Shown: positions 55,012 to 61,413, numbered from the stretch's first letter. The stretch: 64,000 nt of DNA from a virus (IMGVR_UViG_3300031994_000046:34658-98657); one strand, 5' to 3'. The notes: generated from the letters alone by a model not told the origin. Made by a program: numbers and translations.

Positions 55012-55369
55012 TTTCTAATAATTTGTTTTCTTTAATAAATTTCAATACATTTTCATATCCTTTTATTCTTTCAAGATATGCATTATCATCATAATAAGGA
55101 TTTTCCCTTTCCTTCTTAATGAAATTATAAATTTTTGCTACATCCAAATTCATTCCTGCATATTCTTCAAAATCATCCAAATATACAAAATCACCATCTA
55201 AATCATCAGGACCATTTCCATTATATCTTATATCATAAATACATATACAAGGATATCTTTCTGGTTCTGATAACCAATTAGATACGTTTTTATATCCTTT
55301 TTGATCACATGTATTTAATTTAATAAATGTTTCAAACGCTTCTTTTGACTTTAATAATATCTTTTCCAT
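55001..55369 (-). CDS. hypothetical protein
   Basis: 122 aa, overlaps Pth2 start. Confidence 0.7.
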   Translation of the reverse strand: MEKILLKSKEAFETFIKLNTCDQKGYKNVSNWLSEPERYPCICIYDIRYNGNGPDDLDGDFVYLDDFEEYAGMNLDVAKIYNFIKKERENPYYDDNAYLERIKGYENVLKFIKENKLLENEK

Positions 55370-55424
55370 ATTTACTTATATATTTATAATTATAAATAGC
55401 AATGTATATGTTAAAATTCAAATA

Positions 55425-55877
55425 TTATTTATTTTTTAATTTAACTTTATTATCAATAATCTCATATTTTCCTTCAGCAAAAGTATTATATACTTCAATG
55501 ACTTTTCTTTTAAAATTTGGAATAGCTTCATATTTCATACATCCTTCACCACCACCATAAGAATACGCATCTTTTCCATACCAAAGCATTTTCCAGCATT
55601 TATATATAATTTCATTATCTAACCAAGTATGTAAAGATAAATTATCAACTAATTCATCATTTTCAAAATCACACCCAATACGATGTTTGAACATATAGTA
55701 AGCTACATATACGTGGTGATGATGTCCATATTCAGCTTGTTTAATATATTGTTTGAATGCTAAATATTGTTCTTTAGTTGTAGCATTTATTGAAAAATCT
55801 TCTTTACTGTAAGTCTGGCAAAAATCATCACTTGAATTAACTAAATCTATTCTAAAATTATTATCTTCTGTATTCAT
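55425..55877 (-). CDS. hypothetical protein
   Basis: 150 aa; HHHHVYVAYY motif. Confidence 0.75.
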   Translation of the reverse strand: MNTEDNNFRIDLVNSSDDFCQTYSKEDFSINATTKEQYLAFKQYIKQAEYGHHHHVYVAYYMFKHRIGCDFENDELVDNLSLHTWLDNEIIYKCWKMLWYGKDAYSYGGGEGCMKYEAIPNFKRKVIEVYNTFAEGKYEIIDNKVKLKNK

Positions 55878-55888
55878 ATTATTATCAT

Positions 55889-56335
55889 TTATATATTTGT
55901 CATTATATAATCTAAATTTTGTTCAGAATATTCAATATTATATTCTTGACATTTTTTCTTGTAGAAATTTTTGGTACTTTCAATTATTACTTCACCATGA
56001 GTTTTACCTTTATTATCTCCATATTCTATTAGTTTATCCCAGTTTTTGATAAACCAATCTTCTGAATCATTATCTTTGTAATAATCTTTGAAAGACTGCA
56101 CATCTCTATTAGCCCAGTATTTTAAACCATGTCTAATCCAACGATAATAATATAAAATATTTGTGATTTTATACGCCCTAATTTTAATTTCATCTACTAT
56201 ATCTTGTAAACTCTTTTCTTTAGGACGATTTGTAAGTTTACGAGTTTTCTTTTGCTCTATTTGTTCATTTGCGAGTTGAGCTATCTCAGATTTCATAGCA
56301 TTAACTAATGCATTTCTAAATTCTTTGTTTTCCAT
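55889..56335 (-). CDS. hypothetical protein
   Basis: 148 aa, first gene after leader/attenuator. Confidence 0.75.
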   Translation of the reverse strand: MENKEFRNALVNAMKSEIAQLANEQIEQKKTRKLTNRPKEKSLQDIVDEIKIRAYKITNILYYYRWIRHGLKYWANRDVQSFKDYYKDNDSEDWFIKNWDKLIEYGDNKGKTHGEVIIESTKNFYKKKCQEYNIEYSEQNLDYIMTNI

Positions 56336-56349
56336 AATACTAAAACATA

Positions 56350-56488
56350 TTTATTTATAAAAATTTCTGTGTTCAAGAAAAACGTTCTGTTCAAATATTG
56401 TTGAACACATAAAAAATATTGAACAGATTTTTATAAACAAATCTATTTACGGAAAACCTAAATCAAAAATCTACCAAAACTGTTTCAT
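56350..56488 (-). promoter_or_regulatory. amber-containing leader peptide (56447-56488, MKQFW*IFDLGFP) plus alternative hairpins
   Basis: ATG AAA CAG TTT TGG TAG ATT TTT GAT TTA GGT TTT CCG TAA after A-rich initiation region; mutually exclusive stems downstream. Confidence 0.65.
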
Positions 56489-56602
56489 AATTTTAATTTA
56501 ATTTAATTTGTTAGTTATATAAAATGGTTTATCCTCTAACCAAAAAGGAGTTGTATTGTGGAACAACTTTAAAACATCCATGTTCTTTTTACAGAAACAT
56601 CG

Positions 56603-56673
56603 TGCCCCATGTAGGACTCAAACCCACCTCAGCTGGTTTAGAAGCAGCGGCACAATCTCTATACCAATGGGAC
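56603..56673 (-). tRNA. amber suppressor tRNA (anticodon CUA)
   Basis: 7-bp acceptor, D and T arms fold; anticodon arm GCTGC-TTCTAAA-CCAGC; the Arg-TCT register cannot pair. Confidence 0.8.
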
Positions 56674-56698
56674 AAATATATGTTGGTACAATTATATG

Positions 56699-56770
56699 CA
56701 GGCGGTGAAGGATTCGAACCCTCATGAACGGTTTTGGAGACCGCAATACTAACCATTGTATGAACCACCT
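56699..56770 (-). tRNA. tRNA-Trp(CCA)
   Basis: GCGGT-CTCCAAA-ACCGT. Confidence 0.9.
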
Positions 56771-56774
56771 AAAT

Positions 56775-57007
56775 TAGATGAGTAAATTTGCGAGCTACGG
56801 ACTGAAGAAACCACGGCTAGAAAACGCGGATTGCATTATCTCTTTGAGATTTTACTCTTCTGTTGCGTTGCGCCTTATGAGCTCTCACGATACTCAACTC
56901 CTTTCACTGGGCGAGGACTATTTCTTAGATCCAACCAACATAATAAGAAGAAGTCGACATTTGCTTATTACTTACCCCAGTTCTACTCAGAGGCCTGTAC
57001 TCATCTA
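56775..57007 (-). ncRNA. uncharacterised structured RNA
   Basis: GC-elevated spacer closed by 10 bp terminal inverted repeat TAGATGAGTA/TACTCATCTA. Confidence 0.5.
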
Positions 57008-57101
57008 TTAAAATATTATATTCTTCAAGAACCTCTTTCAGTCTGCTTGGTTGACTTTCACAACTCGTGTTAGATAGTGACTTAAATATTTTATATTTGT
57101 A

Positions 57102-57262
57102 AAAACTTCTTCTGGTCTAGACCATTGGATTACTATTCCAAATCGGTTCCTTGATTCTTCTCCGATAACCAAATATTCGTGCGCCTTCGAATATCTCTAA
57201 AACGGTAACCAGTCCATTTAGAATACATGCGCATATTCAACTAAATGAAACTCAGAAGTTTT
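57102..57262 (-). ncRNA. uncharacterised structured RNA
   Basis: 9 bp terminal stem, internal hairpins with complementary loops. Confidence 0.5.
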
Positions 57263-57265
57263 ATG

Positions 57266-57337
57266 TTGGGATGGGCAGAGTCGGACTGCCATTACCAGGA
57301 CCAAAATCTGGTGTGATAACCGTTATACTACATCCCA
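57266..57337 (-). tRNA. tRNA-Gln(UUG)
   Basis: CCAGA-TTTTGGT-CCTGG, T1-A72. Confidence 0.9.
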
Positions 57338-57372
57338 ATTTAAATGTTTCAATAGTTCAAAGTTTAATTTAA

Positions 57373-57477
57373 AAACCAATCTGTAACAATCTCATAAAGA
57401 TTAACCAAAACAAAAAATCAAACAAACAATGAGAAATAAAAATATGAAGTATCTCTACGATACAACAAGATTGGTTT
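57373..57477 (-). ncRNA. free-standing Y-RNA-like stem module
   Basis: AAACCAATCT-TGTTGTA-TCGTAGAGAT-ACTTC...U-rich...ATCTTTATGA-GATTGTTAC-AGATTGGTTT. Confidence 0.65.
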
Positions 57478-57480
57478 ATG

Positions 57481-57552
57481 TGGAGCCACAGGTAATCGAA
57501 ACCTGATCCCAAGCGTGCAAAGCTTGTATAATAGCCGTTATACGATGACCCC
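57481..57552 (-). tRNA. tRNA-Ala(UGC)
   Basis: G3-U70; CAAGC-TTTGCAC-GCTTG. Confidence 0.9.
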
Positions 57553-57680
57553 AAAACTCACCATTTTTAAGTTGTCACCGAAAATGATGGAAAAACTTCC
57601 TCACTTACGATAGGAAACTAGTTTGAATATATCAATTCAGGGACTAATTACGTTACGTTGAGGCGCGACCTCTTTTGATG

Positions 57681-57752
57681 AGGCGGTACTGAGAATCGAA
57701 CTCAGATCGTCGGGTTACAAAGCCGAAATAATAACCATTATACTAAACCGCC
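57681..57752 (-). tRNA. tRNA-Thr(UGU)
   Basis: TCGGC-TTTGTAA-CCCGA (C31:C39 mismatch), U73. Confidence 0.8.
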
Positions 57753-57762
57753 ATTTCTTTAA

Positions 57763-57860
57763 AATTTCATTGTAACAAATGAAGAAAGTATTTAGTCTTA
57801 AATCTTATTAATCTTATCATTATAATATTGAAGTAACTCTCCTCTTCAACAAATGAAATT
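57763..57860 (-). ncRNA. free-standing Y-RNA-like stem module
   Basis: ATTTCATT-TGTTGAA-GAGGAGAGT-TACTTC...ACTTTCTTC-ATTTGTTAC-AATGAAAT. Confidence 0.65.
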
Positions 57861-57862
57861 AG

Positions 57863-57946
57863 TTGCGGGGGTTGGAATCGAACCAACACAAGCATTTTCT
57901 GTCTCAAGGTTATGAGCCTTGCATCTTACCATTAGACTACCCCACG
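57863..57946 (-). tRNA. initiator-like tRNA-Met(CAU) with long variable region
   Basis: C1:A72 mismatch; CAAGG-CTCATAA-CCTTG; about 17 nt variable region. Confidence 0.8.
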
Positions 57947-57954
57947 ATATTAAT

Positions 57955-58031
57955 TGGTGGGCCCACCAGGGCTTGAACCTGGGACCTACTGATTATGAGT
58001 CAGGTGCTCTGACCAACTGAGCTATAGGCCC
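57955..58031 (-). tRNA. tRNA-Ile2/Met(CAU)
   Basis: GGGCC acceptor, CTCATAA loop, encoded CCA. Confidence 0.9.
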
Positions 58032-58035
58032 AAAA

Positions 58036-58222
58036 ATAATATTGTGCAATAACAACTATGCCTCGCCCTAATTGTGGTTGTACTTCCCACGATAGCTCGC
58101 ATGCGCTGAATAACTAATTTCCAAGAATTTAATTTTTATTCTATCAGAATCATCATTATTGACTCTTGCATAAAAAGATTTATTCCTACCTTAGGAGCAT
58201 CTCCTCTTTTTAACAATATTAT
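58036..58222 (-). ncRNA. uncharacterised structured RNA
   Basis: 10 bp terminal inverted repeat ATAATATTGT/ACAATATTAT. Confidence 0.45.
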
Positions 58223-58223
58223 G

Positions 58224-58297
58224 CGGTGCGTACGGGACTCGGACCCGTGACCCCATGCGTGACAGGCATGTATTCTAACCAACTGAACTAACGCACC
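58224..58297 (-). tRNA. tRNA-Asp(GUC)
   Basis: CATGC-CTGTCAC-GCATG, G73. Confidence 0.92.
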
Positions 58298-58354
58298 AAT
58301 TATATATAATTATAATCAAATATAGTTAATTATAATTAAATATTTCAAAAAAAG

Positions 58355-58485
58355 TTGCCACTGTGGGACTCGAACCCACGACCACGAGCTTAAAAGGCTG
58401 AAGTAACTCTCATCTTCAACAATATTTCTATGTAACTCTCGACAAAAATATAATTACGTGCTCTGTCCAACTGAGCTAAATGGCA
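58355..58485 (-). tRNA. tRNA-Lys(UUU) with 57 nt insert in anticodon stem
   Basis: Removing 58400-58456 restores CGAGC-CTTTTAA-GCTCG. Confidence 0.8.
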
Positions 58486-58488
58486 AAG

Positions 58489-58737
58489 TAGCGGCCATGG
58501 GAGTCGAACCCATTATTTGCAGGTGCTTAACCCCTGCCGTGATCATTTCCTAAACAAGTAACTTAGTTCCTCACTTTATCCCGGGCTTGCTTGACTTTTA
58601 ACCTTGTTTATTTTTTGATGCTGTTAAGTACCCCTTTCAAGATTGCTTATCCGTCGATAAGTAGCGCCCTGATTCTAAGTCTTAACACAGTCCGCCGACA
58701 CATCAAATTGGAAATATATCCGTTTCACTCGAACACT
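58489..58737 (-). ncRNA. tRNA-like RNA with about 180 nt structured D-loop expansion
   Basis: T arm ATGGG-TTCGACT-CCCAT; acceptor AGTGTTC/GGCCGCT; D stem GTGA/TCAC; GCAGG-GGTTAAGCA-CCTGC arm. Confidence 0.55.
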
Positions 58738-58753
58738 GAAGTTTGTTATATTG

Positions 58754-58839
58754 CGTGCCCTGTAGGATTCGAACCTACGATTGGGATTTCTCCACGGCAG
58801 ATTAACAGTCTGCTGCCTTAACCACTCGGCCAAAGACAC
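58754..58839 (-). tRNA. tRNA with GUU (Asn) anticodon on class II, Tyr-like body
   Basis: GCAGA-CTGTTAA-TCTGC, long variable arm, G73. Confidence 0.85.
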
Positions 58840-58844
58840 ATTTG

Positions 58845-58974
58845 CGGCGACGGTTGGAGTCGAACCAACTTTCCTTAATTTGACTGATTAATGCTTTGAA
58901 GTAACTCTAATCTACAACATCATTTCTGAGTAACAGCGAATAAAGTTGTTTATCTACCGTTTAGCTACGTCGCC
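58845..58974 (-). tRNA. tRNA-Asp(GUC)-like with about 56 nt insert in D-loop
   Basis: TTAAT-CAGTCAA-ATTAA (A33), G73; insert about 58898-58953. Confidence 0.7.
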
Positions 58975-58983
58975 ATTAAATTG

Positions 58984-59054
58984 CGGAACACCAAGGAATT
59001 GAACCTCGAACACTCCCAGAACATGGGAGCAGTTTACCGTTAGCCTAATGCTCC
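58984..59054 (-). tRNA. atypical tRNA, GUU (Asn)-like loop
   Basis: CTCCC-ATGTTCT-GGGAG; non-canonical A32/C37/U38; G73. Confidence 0.6.
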
Positions 59055-59148
59055 ATAGAGGTTGTTAATTGAAAGACTGATTTACAGGACAAATACGTTT
59101 CCAAACTTTCCTATCCCCTAGTACCCCATAACTCGGTTCCCTTATAAG

Positions 59149-59289
59149 TGGCGGGCAGGGTTGGATTCGAACCAACGATACATTGTTTAACAGACAATTA
59201 CATTAACCTTTTGAAGTAACTCACGATTCTACACTACCTTACGGAGAACAACGAACGAAGTTTTAAATCTTTTTCTATGTTACCTACCC
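59149..59289 (-). tRNA. tRNA-Asn(GUU) with about 56 nt insert in D-loop
   Basis: ATTGT-CTGTTAA-ACAAT, G73, CCA; insert about 59213-59268. Confidence 0.8.
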
Positions 59290-59296
59290 AAATTTG

Positions 59297-59369
59297 CGCG
59301 CCCTGAAGGAGTCGAACCCTCATCTACTGGGTTTGGAGTCCAGTGCCTTAACCATTAGACCAAAGACGC
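59297..59369 (-). tRNA. tRNA-Trp(CCA)
   Basis: CTCCAAA loop, G73. Confidence 0.9.
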
Positions 59370-59576
59370 ATTAACCGGTATTTTGAGACCGGTAACTCAC
59401 AGATCCTTGCTTTTTCTGGGGATCTGCTCGCGTATACCAGACTGCAACTTTTAATCAACTGACATCTGCTCCTCCGCGATACAAGACCTACTCATCAGTT
59501 TTGACACATATAGGATGCCATCCTATTTCTCGTCATATTGTGCCCGATACTAGTCGGTGTGTTACTCCAACTGGGG

Positions 59577-59649
59577 TAGGGAGACCGGGATTTGAACCCA
59601 GACTATCGAGTGTATAAGACTCCCGTGCTGACCGTTACACTATCTCCCC
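59577..59649 (-). tRNA. tRNA-Ile(UAU)
   Basis: GAGT-CTTATAC-ACTC. Confidence 0.85.
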
Positions 59650-59650
59650 A

Positions 59651-59836
59651 TATATTCTACCCATCTGCGCCTTCCAACGTATGACTGCCTAAACGCATCC
59701 TACGGCCTCGGAAATTATAGCGAATTTGCAACTTCCCATAACTCTGTACCACCATCGTGCCGGATTTTCCTAATGTTCGTCATACCTACTAATTTACTAA
59801 TTAGTACTTCTCTGCACTCCGACCTGATAGAATATA
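59651..59836 (-). ncRNA. uncharacterised structured RNA
   Basis: GC-elevated, 9 bp terminal inverted repeat TATATTCTA/TAGAATATA. Confidence 0.45.
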
Positions 59837-59838
59837 AT

Positions 59839-59913
59839 TGGTTGCGGAAGTGAGATTTGAACTCCACCACTAAGGTTATGAGCCTTGTATGCGACCTACA
59901 CACTGCTTCCGCG
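59839..59913 (-). tRNA. initiator-like tRNA-Met(CAU)
   Basis: C1:A72, CTCATAA loop, CCA. Confidence 0.8.
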
Positions 59914-60040
59914 ATATTTAAATTTAATTTAATAAGAACCTTCCGTTGTCAACCAAGGCTTACCTAAAACTATTCTTCTAAGCTATTTCTCTACCACCTC
60001 GTCTTGGATTCGAACCAAGATTATCGACTTAAATTAAATG

Positions 60041-60116
60041 TGCTCTCACAGGGATTCGAACCCTGACCTCACAGATTAAGAGTCTGGTACGCTGAACCGT
60101 TAAACGCCATGAGAGC
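60041..60116 (-). tRNA. tRNA-Lys(CUU)
   Basis: CAGA-CTCTTAA-TCTG. Confidence 0.9.
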
Positions 60117-60738
60117 AATTAATAAATTCTTTTATATTATTAATTACTTTATATTTATCATCATTATTCATTTTTTTATATTCAGACCAACGTATTCTAA
60201 TTCCTTCCCAACCTTTTTGCTTTAAATATTCATTACGTTCTTTATCATGTTGAATCATATAATCTGAATAATGTTGTTCACCATCAATTTCTACATATTT
60301 CATTAAATCTTCATTATAAAAATCTAATTCATATCTATCAATCTGTTTATGATATTTTAATGGAACATTTTCTTTAATGAATAATTCTTCAAAATATTTT
60401 TCTGGATAACTTTGTTTTGATGAATGATTTAATTTAAAAGGAATTTTATCTGGATTATTATCTAAATATTTTTTTCTTGATTTAGAAATTTTTTGTTTTG
60501 ATTCTTCTGAATGATGTTTACCAATCCAAGATATTTTTTTCTTAGTTTCATCAGACATAATTATTTCTTTTCCTTCCTCTTTTGCTTTTATATATTGATT
60601 TGTTGGTTTTCTAGTTTTATTATAATCTCCCATAAATATTGATGTAATACGATTTTTATTATATTTACATCTTATTTCATGTTGAACCAAAGAATTCTTA
60701 TTTTTACATTCTTTATTACAATATTTACAATTAAACAT
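60100..60738 (-). CDS. free-standing homing-type endonuclease (Zn finger + NUMOD3 + DUF559/Vsr-like)
   Basis: CKYC..H..C; GKHHSEESKQKIS; LDF..VEIDGEQH..D..R..L...GW; true start ATG 60738. Confidence 0.85.
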   Translation of the reverse strand: MFNCKYCNKECKNKNSLVQHEIRCKYNKNRITSIFMGDYNKTRKPTNQYIKAKEEGKEIIMSDETKKKISWIGKHHSEESKQKISKSRKKYLDNNPDKIPFKLNHSSKQSYPEKYFEELFIKENVPLKYHKQIDRYELDFYNEDLMKYVEIDGEQHYSDYMIQHDKERNEYLKQKGWEGIRIRWSEYKKMNNDDKYKVINNIKEFINCSHGV

Positions 60739-60756
60739 ATATTTAAAATATTTTTG

Positions 60757-60827
60757 TGACCTCACTGGGAATCGGACCCAGGTCACATGATTAAAAGTCA
60801 TGGGCTTTACCACTAAGCTATGGGGTC
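60757..60827 (-). tRNA. tRNA-Lys(UUU)
   Basis: CATGA-CTTTTAA-TCATG. Confidence 0.92.
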
Positions 60828-60833
60828 ATTATT

Positions 60834-60968
60834 GTGCCTTCGAAGGAATCGAACCTCCATACTTACTCCTATTAATTATTACTTATCCGCGGTTGTAATA
60901 ATCTTCGGTTAGTAAGACCGCCTTCACAGGGCGGTACGGTTACCAATATACCGTAATAAACCAGCATT
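60834..60968 (-). ncRNA. His(GUG)-anticodon tRNA-like RNA with about 55 nt variable arm
   Basis: CCGCC-CTGTGAA-GGCGG; 6 bp D stem; canonical T arm; C73; weak acceptor. Confidence 0.6.
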
Positions 60969-60983
60969 GTTAAGAATTGTTTG

Positions 60984-61079
60984 TGCCGCCGGTAGGATTC
61001 GAACCTACTTACTGCTAGAGGCCAATACCGAAATTTGATAGAGCAGAATGGTTTTACGGACCATCTCGGTTACGTCGGC
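60984..61079 (-). ncRNA. D-armless Tyr(GUA)-anticodon tRNA-like RNA
   Basis: GCCGACG/CGGCGGC acceptor; ATGGT-CCGTAAA-ACCAT; large variable arm; canonical T arm. Confidence 0.65.
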
Positions 61080-61129
61080 TTGCTATAATTACTATCATCT
61101 TCGTTATAGCAATAATAATAATCCTTCAT
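61070..61129 (-). CDS. Tyr-rich leader mini-ORF
   Basis: MKDYYYCYNEDDSNYSKPT*; stop lies within the Tyr-like RNA. Confidence 0.55.
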   Translation of the reverse strand: MKDYYYCYNEDDSNYSKPT

Positions 61130-61159
61130 AACTCTTAACTTTAAATTTATTAATAATTG

Positions 61160-61229
61160 CGTGATAAACCGGAATTGAACCCTGTTTCTGCCCCACTACA
61201 GAGCTGTCCTAACCTATAGACGATTATCC
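61160..61229 (-). pseudogene. degenerate tRNA-like sequence
   Basis: D and T arm motifs present; anticodon arm and acceptor imperfect. Confidence 0.45.
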
Positions 61230-61323
61230 TTATCGCTATATCTGCCAATATAACGTTTATATTATTTATTGAATTTTCTTACAACTGGCAGGAAATAAGA
61301 TTTTTACAACAAATAACATAAAG

Positions 61324-61413
61324 TGGGTCGGGAGGGACTCGAACCCCCAATGTTTACCCGGAGGGACTAGATTTACAGTCTAGCACAACACCACCAATCG
61401 TTGCTGCCGGCCC
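61324..61413 (-). tRNA. tRNA-Tyr(GUA)
   Basis: CTAGA-CTGTAAA-TCTAG, long variable arm, extended D stem. Confidence 0.88.

Noticed and set aside
1-56335. Genome-wide TAG-to-Gln recoding as in Lak phages
   Set aside because: All long genes, including late genes, are intact in code 11 and several genes end in TAG at natural boundaries. Only Pth2 and the leaders have internal TAG.
56603-56673. tRNA-Arg(UCU) reading of the CTTCTAA sequence
   Set aside because: That register gives 1 of 5 anticodon-stem pairs. The CUA register gives 4 of 5 and correct spacing from the D stem.
58400-59268. Group I/II or archaeal BHB introns in the tRNAs
   Set aside because: The inserts are only 56-57 nt, lack catalytic cores, show no clear bulge-helix-bulge, and match free-standing copies.
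59490-59535. Hammerhead ribozyme (CTGATGAG and a GAAA-hairpin on the minus strand)
   Set aside because: Stems I and II cannot be formed convincingly.
59991-60030. Additional tRNA gene
   Set aside because: Only a T-arm hairpin (TCTTGG-TTCGAAT-CCAAGA) is present, with no matching acceptor or anticodon arm.
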